NCBI RefSeq assembly: GCF_009914755.1
Contig: NC_060934.1
Length of the DNA stretch: 64,000 nt
From: the human T2T-CHM13v2.0 reference genome, Homo sapiens
Strand: one strand, 5' to 3'
Position numbers and translations under genes: made by a program. The notes beneath the pieces are model-generated. The model was given only the letters and a program-made list of their open reading frames with translations, had not been told where the DNA came from and did no database searches. Shown piece after piece: positions 45,690-59,102 of the stretch (within the stretch, counting starts at the first letter, position 1; every line of letters starts with the position of its first letter).

Positions 45690-46278
45690 TGCTACCATTT
45701 GATCCAGCGATCCCACTATTGGGTATCTACCCAGAGGAAAAGAAGTCATTATACAAAAAAGATACTTGCACTTGGATGTTTATAGCAGCACAATTTGCAA
45801 TTGCAAAAACATGAAACCAAACTGAATGCCCATCAATCAACGAGTGGATAAATAAACTGTGATATATACATATATATCACATATATATCACATATATATG
45901 TATATATATGATGAAATGCTACTTGTTCATGAAAATGAGTGAATTAATGGCATTCACAGCAACCTGAATGAGATTGGAGACAATTATTCTCAGTGAAGTA
46001 ACTCAGGGATGGAAAACCAAATATGTGTGTTCTCACTCATAAGTGGGAGTTAAGCTATGAGGATACAAAGGCATAAGAATGACACAGTGGACTTCGGGGA
46101 TTCAAGGGGAAAGGATGGGAAGGTGGTGAGGGATAAAAGACAATAAACAGGGCACTGTGTACACTGCTTGGGTGATGGGTGCACCAAAATCTCACAAATC
46201 ATCACTAAAGAACTTACTCATGTAATCAAACACCACCTGTTCCCCAATAACTTACAGAAATAAAAAAAATTAAGAAAA
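45690..46278 (+). mobile_element. L1PB1-like 3' end with internal (TA)n
   Basis: GGTATCTACCCAGAGGAAAAGAAGTCATTATAC and GGGTGATGGGTGCACCAAAATCTCACAAATC...CACCTGTTCCCCAATAAC. Confidence 0.85.
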
Positions 46279-46493
46279 TGATTAAGCAGGTTAGCATATT
46301 GCAAATTTAGTGAAGAAAGGAAATGGTATACTCTGTAAGTTGCCTTTTTTATGGCTTTTTATCCCCACATGCTATTACAGAATAAATTATTTTTATTATC
46401 TCCATAATATCACCTTAAAATATTCGACGATTTTTTTTTCTCTAAAACAAGAGCAACATAAAAGTCTGTCTTGCTTGTTCAAGAGTTTGAAAA

Positions 46494-46772
46494 GGCCGGG
46501 CGCGGTGGCTCACGCCTGTAATCCCAGCACTTTGGGAGGCCGAGACTGGCGGATCACGAGGTCAGGAGATTGAGACCATCCTGGCTAACACGGTGAAACC
46601 CCGTCTCTACTAAAAATACAAAAAATTAGCCGGGCGAGGTGGCGGGCGCCTGCAGTCCCAGCTACTCCAGAGGCTGAGGCAGGAGAATGGCGTGAACCCC
46701 GGGGGGCGGAGCCTGCAGTAAGCCGAGATCGCGCCACTGCACTCCAACCAGGGCGACAGAGAGACTCCGTCT

Positions 46773-46803
<31 letters not shown>
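46494..46803 (+). mobile_element. Young AluY (AluYe5/Ye6-like)
   Basis: GGGCGAGGTGG, AACCCCGGGGGGCGGAGCCTGC and a 2-bp deletion before GAGACTCC; CpGs largely intact; pure A30 tail; TSD AAGAGTTTGAAAA. Confidence 0.9.
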
Positions 46804-46806
<3 letters not shown>

Positions 46807-47217
46807 TTTGAAAAGAAGAAACTGTTTATCGTGGCTAGTGTTCTTTCTATATGCATTCATTCACCAGCATTTTTTTTTCTTATATAGATCAACTTCTGAA
46901 GAACAAAGTTTTGTCTTGGTTTCATCTATTTTAATGATTCTATGCTTATGATACTAATTGAAATTGATATATAAGAGCATTCTTTGCTTTCTTCATATTT
47001 TAATTATAATTTCAAATTAATCTGATATAATTTTAATAAATAATACTTACAAATCAGAGCCCTTATAAGGTCATAAACATTTGCCATTCCATTAAGAGAG
47101 GTTTTAGATACTAAGATACAAAGAGAGTTATACTGTGCCTCTCTCATTTATGTGACTGGTTAGAAAAAAATTAATGAAGGTCAAGGGATGTGGTACTATC
47201 AGCATAGATTCTCTTGG

Positions 47218-49517
47218 TGATATGGTTTGGCTGTGTTCCCACCCAAATCTCATCTTGAATTGCAACTCCCACAATTCCCACGTGTCATGGGAGAAATCAG
47301 TGGAAGGTGATTGAATTATGGGGACGGGTCTTTCCTGTGCTGTTCTTATGATAGTGAATGAGCCTCACAAGATCTGATGGTTTTAAAAATGAGAGGTTTC
47401 CTGAACAAGCGCTCTTTCTCTTTGCCCACCACCATCCATGTAAGACATGACTTTCTCCTCTTTGCCTTCCAACATGATTGTGTGTCCTCCCCAGCCATTT
47501 GGAACTACAAGTCCAATTAAATCTCTTTTGTTTGTAAATTGCCCAGTCTCGGGTGTGTCTTTATCAGCAGCGTGAAAACAGACAAATACAGCAAATTGGT
47601 ACCAGTAGAGTGGGGCGCTGCTGAAGAGATACCCAAAAATGTGGAAGCGAATTTGGAGCTGGGTAACAGGCAGAGGTTGGAACAGTTGGAGGGCTGAGAA
47701 GAACACAGAAAAATGTGGGAAGTTTGGAACTCTCTAGAGACTTGTTGAATGGCTTCGATCAATATGCTGATAATGATATTGACAATGAAATCCAGGCTGT
47801 GGTGGTCCCAGATGGAGAAGAGGGACTTGTTGGGAACTGGAGCAAATGTGAATCTTGTTATCTTTTAGCAAAGAGATTGGCAGCATTTTGCCCCTGCCCT
47901 AGAGATCTGTGGAACTTTGAACTTGAGATGATTTAGGGTATCTTGCAGAAGAAATTTCTAAGCAGCAAAGCATTCAAGAGGTGACTTGGGTGCTATTAAA
48001 GGCATTCAGTTTTATGAGGGAAGCAGAGTGTAAAAGTTTGAAAACTTTGCAGCCTGACGATGTGATAGAAAAGGAAATCCCATTATCTGAGGAGAAATCC
48101 AAGCCGGCTGCAGAAAATTGCATAAGCAACCAGGAGCCAAATGTTAAACCTCAAGACAATGAGGAAAATTTCTCCAGTGCACATCAGAGACTTTTGTGGC
48201 AGTACCTCCCACCACAGGCCTGGAAGTTTAGGAGGAAAAAGTGGTTTTGTGGTCTGGGTCCAGGGTTCCCATGCTGTGTGCAGCCTAGGGACTTGATGCC
48301 CTGCTTCCCAATCACTCCAGCCATGACTGAAAGGGGCCAATGTAGAGCTTTGGCTGTAGCTTCAGAGGTTGCAATCCTCAAGCCTCAGCAACTTCCACGT
48401 GGTGTTGGGCCTGCCAGTGCTCAGAAGTCAAGAATTGGGGTTTGGGAACCTCTGCCTAGATTTCAGAGGATGTATAGAAATGCCTGGATGTCCAGGCAGA
48501 TATTTGCTGCAGAGGCAGGGCTCTCATGGAGAAACTCTGCTAGGGCAGTGCAGAAGGGAAATGTGGGGTCGGAGCCCCCACACAAAGTCCCTCTTGGGGC
48601 ACTGCCTAGTGGAGCTGTGAGAAGAGGGCCACCATCCTCCAGACCCCAGAATGGTAGATCAACCAACAGCTTGCACCATGTGCCTGAAAAAGCCACAGAC
48701 ACTCAACAGCCTGTGAAAGTAGCCAGGAAGGAGGCTGTACCCTGAAAAGCCACAGGGGAGGAGCTGCCCAAGACCATGGGACCCCACCTCTTGCATCAGT
48801 GTGACCCAGATGCAAGAGATGAAGTCAAAGGAGATCATTTTGTAGGTTTAAGATTGGACTGCCTGCTGGATTTTGGACTTGCATTGGGTCTGTTACCCCT
48901 TTGTTTTGGCCAATTTCTTCCATTTGGAATGGCTATACCCCCATTGTCTCTAAGAAGTACAAAACTTGCTTTTGATTTTACAGGCTCATAGGAGGAAGGA
49001 ACTTGCCTTCTCCCAAATAAGACTTCGAACTGTGGACTTTTGTGTTAATGCTGAAATAAGTTAAGACTTTGGGGAACTGTTGGGAAGGCATGATTGGTTT
49101 TGAAATATGAGGACTTGAGATTTGGGATGGGCCAGGGGCAAAATTATATGGTTTGGCCGTGTCCCCACCCAAATCTCATCTTGAATTTTAACTCTCGCAA
49201 TTTCCACATGTTGTGGGAGGAACCCGGTGGGAGGTGATTGAATTACGAAGGTGGATCTTTCCTGCAGTATTCTTATGATAGTGAGTGGATCTCACTAGAT
49301 CTGATAGTTTTAAAAATGGGAGTTTTCCTGCACTAGCTCTCTCTCTCTTTGCCCACTGCCATCCACGTAAGATGTGACTTTCTCCTCTTTGCCTTCTGAC
49401 ATGATTGGGAATCCTCCCCAGCCATATGGAACTGTAAGTCCAATTAAACATCTTTCTTTTGTAAATTGCCCAGTCTCAGGTATCTGTTTATCAGCAGCAT
49501 GAACATGGACTAATACA
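47218..49517 (+). mobile_element. Complete THE1 (THE1C-like) MaLR provirus: 5'LTR 47218-47590, internal 47591-49143, 3'LTR 49144-49517
   Basis: Both LTRs run T(G/T)ATATGGTTTGGC...AATACA; internal region starts GCAAATTGGTACCAGTAGAGTGGGG; 5-bp TSD CTTGG/CCTGG. Confidence 0.95.
47981..48745 (+). pseudogene. Remnant of THE1 internal (MaLR Gag-related) ORF, 254 open codons
   Basis: ORF track; lies within THE1-int; GTG start; frameshifted relative to upstream fragment 47715-47936. Confidence 0.7.
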
Positions 49518-49845
49518 CCTGGATAAATTATAGCATTACATCTGCACCTGTGATATCCTGAGGCCAGAGTGGGATGATAAAAGAAGCACTGGGGTCACAC
49601 ATGATGCTTAAAGGCATGATTTTCAGAGTTAAGTAAGTACTGGTATTTTTGCTCTGTACTTTTAGGAAGGTATTTAGCCCCTTATCTACAAATTGAAAAC
49701 AATAATAAATTCTCATCTGTAATAAGGAGACAATAAGATAGTGGTTCTTCAAAAGGTTTTGGTAAGGATAAAGCTAAATGAGGTAGTGTCTATACAGGGT
49801 AAGAACTGTCTAGCATCCAACTGTCATTTAATAAATAGTACCTAG

Positions 49846-50203
<358 letters not shown>

Positions 50204-50232
50204 TTAAAATGGGGATAAAGAACTAGCTTTGG

Positions 50233-50560
<328 letters not shown>

Positions 50561-50635
50561 TCATCTTAGGCAAAGTGCTTGAATTCTCTAAATCTTCATT
50601 TTCACACCTGTAAAATAAAGATGATTATATCTAAC

Positions 50636-51242
50636 TGTATTAATTTTCTTTTACTGTATAACCAATTGCCACAAGTTTGCAGCTTTACCATTAAACCATT
50701 TCTATGAAATGGTTTATTATCTTTCAGTTTTTTTAGGTGAGAAATCTAGACGTAACTAAACTGCATCCTTTCCACAGTGTCTTACCAGGCTGCAGTAAAG
50801 GTGTCGATTGGGCTGCATTCTCCTCTGGAGGCTTCACTGGGGACGAATCTGCTGCCAGATTTATTCAGGTTGTTGGAAGAATTCATTTCCTTATGGCTAC
50901 ATGACAGAAGGGCTGGCTTCTTACTGGCTGTTGAATGGAGGCTGCAGAAAGAGGCTGCAGAACCCATCCACAATTTCTTGCTACCTGGCCCTCTCCATAC
51001 ATTAGTTCAAGGAGATAAGGAGAAACTCTCACCAGTCTTCTGAGTCTTCTATAACATAATGTAATCATGGGAGTGATAATCCATCATATTTGCCTTTGAA
51101 TAACAGCCAATCAAGAGAATGGCACCCCATCACCTTTGTCATATTCTATCGGCTAGATATCATGGTTTCTCCTACACTGAACAGTAGGGGATTTCACAAG
51201 AATTTGACTCATCCGTTGTCATCTTAAAGTGTGTCTGCCATA
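50636..51242 (-). mobile_element. MaLR LTR (MLT1E-like) inserted into a MIR
   Basis: TGTATTAATTTTCTTTTACTGTATAACCAATTGCCACAAG...CAGGTTGTTGGAAGAATTCATTTCCTT...; MIR-like flanks. Confidence 0.7.
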
Positions 51243-51680
51243 TTATGTCAGGATTTTGGTGCATATACAATGATCAAAATGTGTTTATGTATGTAATTAT
51301 GAGCAGTCTTTCTAAACTTCAAAGTGTTATGCAAATCTAAGAAGGTATTAGCATTTGATAAACTTTTCTACACATGATTTAGCTTAGTAATGCTGAAGGA
51401 AAACCCAAAAGGATCTTCAATCATCAAAGAACTCTTCTGATAAAATGGACAGATAGGTAAGTAGGAGAAGGGAAGACAGAGAGAAAAAGAGATTCTATAA
51501 CTAATGCAGAAAAACACAAGCATCTATTTTGGAAAAATTTACCAAATACTCTAGGTGATTAAGATTCTAAGTGGGTACAAAAAAGAGGATCCAAAATCTA
51601 CTCAAGTATCTCACACAACTTAATTAACTGACTTATATGATTTTTTTTTCTAGTAAATTCTAATGAATTTAAAATGTTGG

Positions 51681-52015
51681 GGCTCAGCAAGGTGGCTCAT
51701 GCACTTTGGGAGGTAGAGGCAGGCGGATTGCCTGAGGTCAGGAGTTCGAGGCCAGCCTGGCCAATATGGCGAAACCCCGTCTCTACTAAAAATACAAAAA
51801 AATTAGCTGGGCATGGTGGTGGGTGCCTGTAATCCAAGATACTCGAGAGGCTTAGGCAGGAGAATTGCTTGAACCGGGAGGCAGAGGTTGCAGTGAGCCA
51901 AGATGAGATTGTGCCACTGCACTCCAGCCTGGGTGATAGAGCAAGCAAGACTCTGTCTCAATAAATAAAATAAAATAAAACAAAATAAAATAAAATAAAA
52001 TAAAATAAAATAAAA
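51681..52015 (+). mobile_element. AluSx-like with (AAAAT)n tail and small left-arm deletion
   Basis: TSD TAAAATGTTGG; GGCTCATGCACTTTGGG lacks the CTGTAATCCCAG segment. Confidence 0.93.
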
Positions 52016-52228
52016 TAAAATGTTGGAATGCTTAATGTTAAAGGGTTTGAACTTAGTTTTATTAATATAGAGGGAATAACATTAAAATTATAGAAATGGA
52101 ACATTAACTGATGCTTGCATTACATTAATGTTTTGGAAAAATTGCTTTTCATGTTGGTTACCACATACATTACTTGATTGTGATGATATAATGAAAAAAA
52201 TTCTGCATATGACATTGATTTGATTCTC

Positions 52229-52426
52229 ATTCCTTCAATAAAAGTATATAAAAATCTCATTAAAAGACTGACTAAAACTTGGCTTTTCCTTCATATCATT
52301 GATAAAGTTTATGAAAGAATATCCAGAAGCTTTTTAAACATTATTTAGTTTTACAATAAATATTAATCCTAGTTGATACAGACTTTTTTGTGTAAATACT
52401 AAAGATCTCCCATTAGGCTATTAGCA
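52229..52426. repeat. ~200-bp direct-repeat copy 1 (pairs with 54142-54340)
   Basis: ATTCCTTCAATAAAA...CTGACTAAAACTTGGCTTTTCCT...AAATACTAAA..TCTCCCA.TA.GCTATT.AGCA present in both copies. Confidence 0.9.
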
Positions 52427-53432
52427 TTGAAATACTAGTTAGAAGTTAACACAAAAATATTTTGCATTCCTGAATTCCTGAGATCAACCACTATGAGCCT
52501 TCATTGTCAAAGGAGAGTGTAAATAGAGACCAAATCTCTAGAGACAATTGTGGACATGGTCTCTTATTCACAAAGGGTCATTCATGATGTTTTCAACCCA
52601 TGGAACCCCTATTCAAGGTGATTGAGGGTAATGGTGACACATATGAGTCTTTTAAATTATTTTGTATGATGTAAAATTTTATTTTATTCCTAATATGATT
52701 CAACTGAAATTGTTTTGGGATTTTTCTCCATATCATGGGAACAGAAGCAGAAAAATTTAAGCTTCTCAAGGAAAACAATCATTTTATGATCTTTAATAAA
52801 GTGCATCATATTTAATAGAATTAAAATTTATTAAGTTATTGATAAAATTGACTTTTTTCCATAGATTAACTCACTTTCTTCCTTCCAACAATTATCAGAT
52901 ACATATACAGATAAGGAAGCTAAGAGGTAGGAATTTGAATAATTTATCCAAATCATACGGATTTTTCTTGGCAAAGTCAGTATTTAAACCCAAGCTCTCT
53001 GACTAGAGGGCATTTGTGCTTATCAAACCTTCTTAACTGCCTTTACAACTCATGTTTTTACTTCTGCTATGAATTCATAATCTGCTTATCAAATTTAATG
53101 TTAACGTGATAATATACTGACAGAATCTCAGAGAAATTGGATTATTCAGAGAAATTGGATTACTCCTAATTATTTTGTTGGGTGGCAGCAATTTTGAAGA
53201 GGAAGAACAAGGATATATTATGAGGCTTTGAGAACTGCTAAAATGGCTAATGAGCTTAATATTTTGTTAAAATCACAGATACATAGAGAACATGTTTTTG
53301 TGCTAAGCTGGAATTAAGGTAAAATTCAGGAAACTGGGGGATAAGTTAGAAAATTTATTCCAATTTTTTCTTTAATCTTCAAAAATGCATGCGTTGTTTT
53401 TAACAACGAGATCTAGGAATTCTACTTTACTC

Positions 53433-53473
53433 TGTGTGTGTGTGTGTGTGTGTGCATGTGTGTGTGTGTGTGT
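53433..53473. repeat. (TG)n microsatellite
   Basis: Directly visible. Confidence 0.95.
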
Positions 53474-53914
53474 ATCTGGGTACATGCTTGCATTGGTCAG
53501 TGTGTTTTCATGTGCAGTTTAATAATATCAGCAGAGAGTCAGGAGCTAGGAGACAAGGATTCCTTTTATTGATTCCACAAGCCACTTATGGATCATGCTA
53601 CATTAAATAAGCTAGTCTGAAAAAAAGTCAGCAAACAAACAAAAAACTTACTTGATATGATATCTTAATGTGGGTCAGTTTGTTATATGTTAGAGCCAGT
53701 TTCTATACCAGTGTAGTTGACTAATTATCAGATCTTCACATATTTTGGTGCTAAAACAAAGAGGAAGAAATTTTGGAAATTGTGGAGGGTTATCTTGCTG
53801 TGAGAATAACAAAAGCCTATTGTTGATCATCATCCTCTTTCCCCTAAGCCTTATATAAGATCACTGTTTAGTTTTTTAAATTATATTTTTGTAATATTGT
53901 GCTATTCTAAATGA

Positions 53915-54625
53915 TGTTTTTCAAAGTGGAATGTGTAAAATAGTCCAGTGTGGTGCAAGAAGAAAATATCAAAACACCTATTTTTCTTATTATTTTAACT
54001 AAATAAGAAAAAACTACATTAATACATACAATGAAATCAACTGAATTCATGCATCAGATGATCACAAGTCCAAGCACATAAAGCTCAAAGGGATAAAAGA
54101 GAATTTCCAATGGTTGAGCAATAGTGCCTTTATTCTCTTTTATTCCTTCAATAAAAATATATCAAAATCTCATTAAAAGGCTGACTAAAACTTGGCTTTT
54201 CCTCCATACCCTTGATAAAGTTTATGAAAGGATATCCTGAAGTTTTTTAAACTTTGATGTAGTTTAGTAATAATATTAATCCTAGTTACCACAGATTTTT
54301 TCATGTAAATACTAAAAGTCTCCCACTAAGCTATTGAGCAATATATGGTTTAAAAATATTCTCTATAAGGAGAGAGTAAATCTAAAATAGTATTAATAAA
54401 GCAAGCTCAAGAATGAAACAAGAAGGTGGTAAGCTGGTAACTTTGATTCCTACTCTGCTATGAGCACTTTGTCAGCACATAACATTACATACAATAAAAA
54501 AACACAAGAAATCACGTCTTGACATATAAATTTACATTCTCATTATGTTTTTCAGAGGGTATAATGCATTAGTAGAATAGTACACATATCATTTATAAAA
54601 ATACTATTTAAATAAATAAATACAT
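53915..54625. mobile_element. Possible hAT-Charlie (Charlie4-like) remnant containing direct-repeat copy 2 (54142-54340)
   Basis: GGTGCAAGAAGAAAATATC and GCATTAGTAGAATAGTACACATATCATTTATA resemble Charlie4 as recalled. Confidence 0.4.
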
Positions 54626-55029
54626 TTTTGTTTGCTACTTTGTCTTTGAGGTCCTTCCTTCTCCCTCATCCAGAGAGTATTTACATAATCTTAATATTTG
54701 AAGACGTTTCTTCTGAATAACCTGTATTTCTCTTATTTCTATGCATGATATATTTTCAAATAGTTCAATTATATACAACCATACAATATAAAATATACAT
54801 TATTTATTAAGCCCGTAAATGCTTTTAAGAATTGTTTGAATTTTTTAATATATTTTGAAGATTTTGTTTTGTAATTATATATTGTTTTTGTTCCCCTTTT
54901 CTGCACATTCACATTATATTTAGTTTTTTATGCCATAAAGGGTGATTACCATCCTTCCCCCTAGAGGCTCTCAGGGCCAAGCCATTGGCCAATGCCCTCA
55001 CTAAATTCAACTTATATTTTTTCTCCCTT

Positions 55030-56150
55030 CTTCCTCCAAATATTCCAGTACCATTGAACACTTTTCATGCCTCCTTCTTTCTTTACTTAAATTATTGTCT
55101 CTAAATTATCTGGTATAATGCTCTCTGGTTTTCTGTTACAAGGCTCTGCAGTTTTATTTCTGCTTCCCTGACTTCTCATTGCCGTCTTTCTAAGATCATC
55201 CTTTTCTACCTTGACATTAAATTTTGAAATTCATTTGAGTTTGGCACTGTACTTTCTGTGGTTCTCATACTACCTGCTCTAAACCTTCTCCTTAGATAAT
55301 CTAACTCAGGTTTTAGAGTTCATTTACTACCAAGAAAAATAAGAAAATTTTATCTACAGCACTGACCGCTTCTCTGAACTCACAATCTATATATCTATAT
55401 CTATAGCCTTTCTGCCATATCCTGCTTAATGTCTCAAAGGCTCTTGAAATTTCATTTTTAAATGCAAACCCATGATCTTCACTGAAGTCGACCCTGAAAA
55501 ACTCTCCAGCAAACCCTTTCCACAGCTATGAACTTGGGAATCAACCTGAACACTTCCTAATTCCTCACTCCCATGTGATTTATTTCTACGTTATATATCT
55601 TGATATCTATCCAATGTCGTCTCTCTCTATCTCTACTGTTTGAATCCAAGCCACCATCGCTCTCTTACCTGGTCAACGGCAATTGCACTGATGCAGTCTG
55701 GCATTGATGCAGTCTGGACTTCCCCATTCTAAAGTCATCACCATAGCCAGAGGCATATTCTCAAATTACAAATCTAATATGTCAGTGCCCAGTAATGGCT
55801 TCCCACTGTTCAAGCTAAAATCTGTGAGGTTCTAAATCAGCTTTGTCCCCACCTATATCTCAAGACACCTCCTTTCATGTTTTGTGTCATCCCATTTACT
55901 CTGCCTTCACTGAATTTCTGTCAGTTGCTTGTACTTTTCACACTCCCTTCCTCAGAATCTATTATACCTCTGGTTACCTTTGTTTGCTTATTAGCTTGTT
56001 TTCGTGCTTCTGATATCAAACTGGGATTCATCTACAGAGGAATTCTTCTTAGACTTCTGCAACTAGGTCATTTTTACCATTGCAAGCACACATGGCTCTT
56101 CTTCATGGGACTTATCAGAATTGCAATTTTACATTGGTCTGATTATTGTT
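55030..56150 (+). mobile_element. L2 LINE remnant
   Basis: Pyrimidine-rich with L2 motifs (TTCTCTGAACTC, GATATCTATCC..TCTCTATCTCTACTG, CCAAGCCACCATC, GCCAGAGGCATATTCTCAAA). Confidence 0.7.
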
Positions 56151-57608
56151 AAACTCTTGTTTTTTACTATATCTTTATAGCAACCCTCTGTGACTATTGC
56201 TGTTTATTTTCTTAAGAAAAATGTTCAAAAATGGAGTTGTTGAGGCAAGGGAACTTACACTGTATTACAGTTCTATATAGATGTGTTCCAATTACTCTTC
56301 AGAAAGAAATATCAAATTGGATTCCAGCAGTGGCATATGAATTGTATTCTTTGGTACAATAGGAATTTTAAATTCTTTCTTCTCATTATTACAATGATGA
56401 TGATTGTAAATGCCAGTGGAAAAGTAGTTTGGAATAAATTATATACCAGCCACCATTGATGTTAAAATGTCACATTGGTGGGAAGGAGGGCTTTTACAAT
56501 ATTGATTAATAATGTTTTTACTAATATCCCTTCCTCAAAAAAAAAGTCTTTGTTTCTGTGCTGTACATGGATAAGTAACTGGTGTGACTTGAGATGGCAG
56601 TGGTTGAGAACTACCAGACTGGATAATAGTTTGGTTTAAAATGCATAATATAATCTAAATAAATTTTTTTAAAAAGAAACACTGCAGTTGAACTGATTTT
56701 ATAAACATATTTAAATTATAAAGTATCTCATATACCAGTTTTTTTCTGTAAATACAAGTGTATAATTCTGAATCCACAATCCAAACTGCTTTATATAGGC
56801 AATAACTTTAATAAAGCCATCATGTCATTTTATTATTTTTGCCATCTAATATACACCTAAATTAATGAGAAAATAAAAGGCCAGCAACTTCCATCACTGC
56901 TAAAGAAAAAAAGTGGGATAAACTGTCTATAACTCCTTAGCTCCAAGGGGAATGCCTTAAAAAGATTTTTATGAGTCTTTTTACCCTGAAAGATAGCAAA
57001 GTTAGAAAGATACTGATTTATGAAATTACATGTGTCAATTCAAGTAAGATTGGTTACTGAGTACAAAAGAAACATTTGAATCACTATCCCAGACTGTTTT
57101 TCTTCTGCTGATTTATATTTATATTTCAATAATATTTATATTCAAGAGGAAGAAGCTTATAAACTGTCACTCTTATTTCTCAATAGCCTGATGGTTTCAG
57201 TTAAATTAATTCCTAGCTAACTCACTCTAAAAGCATTAAGCATGATTATTTGCTGCTATTTGGCAAAATAGAATTTTGTTTTCCTTATGCTGATTTTAAT
57301 AAAACCTAAATGTTAAGGACATAAGGCACTCACATGGTGCTTGGCATAATGGAATACGTCAAACTGTCCCTGGTGATGATGAGAGATTTTGTACAATTTG
57401 AACCATAATGGGATGACAAGATATATATGTTTACTTGGGTATGAAAAGCCAGAGAAAAAAGTGCACCAAATGTAAAAAGCAATAAAAGAAATCACTTTTT
57501 TATGAAACAGTATATAAAATTTGTTACCAATGATAGATTTATAGTGAACTAATTTGTGGAATAAATGAAGTGTAGAGATTGAAATGTGTTTGAAGTACTA
57601 AAACTTAC

Positions 57609-57785
57609 CTTGCATTACCCCTTGTGATTACTGACAATTCTAGGTGCTTACAGAAGATTAAAAACCCCTTCAATATGAAAGTATTACTGTTTTGAGGTTT
57701 CACTGTGTTCTGGAATCTTTATCCATGCATTTGACATTTTCGTTTGGTATGCACTAATAACTTTCATAACGAAGAGACTGCTTCC
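57609..57785 (-). ncRNA. Candidate 177-nt non-coding exon (unverified)
   Basis: Minus strand acceptor ATGTATGTTTCAG| and perfect donor AAG|GTAAGT; stops in all frames; non-repeat sequence. Confidence 0.3.
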
Positions 57786-58149
57786 CTGAAACATACATTT
57801 TTCTCAGAAAAAAATTTCTACTTAAAGGAAGTAAAATACTAAATTTGCAGAGGTATATTCTAGAGTTTTATAAAGTGAGGGCTAAAGTTTTTTTTAAAAG
57901 ACACAAAGGAAGAGTCAATATGTTACAATTAATAAATATGTCTCTGGGGTTTTTTGACTCAGCTATTGAGAAAATCATTTTCAGGTCATTTTAAAGGTAT
58001 TTGGGGAATATTAGAAGTTAGGCTCTGCTAGGAAGAAAGTTCTGATGAAGAAACCTGGCAGTGGAACTGCAAACCAGTGACATGGATCCCATCATGAGAG
58101 ACCTGGTGAGGAAGTAACACAGACTCTTGCAAGGTCAAAAATCTTTTGA

Positions 58150-58470
<321 letters not shown>

Positions 58471-58599
58471 GATACTTTATTTTATGTACTTTCTCCTACA
58501 TTGTGATTGTTTCCCCCACTTCTGGAGATCTGGGATTGTTTGTGGGGAACAGATTTTAGACTTTCTGACCTGTTCCACCTTTCCTTGAATCACCCTCTA

Positions 58600-59102
<503 letters not shown>

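Noticed and set aside
53128-53163. 18-bp tandem duplication TCAGAGAAATTGGATTA(T/C); similar ones near 27635 and 55688
   Set aside because: Ordinary slippage duplications with no functional indication
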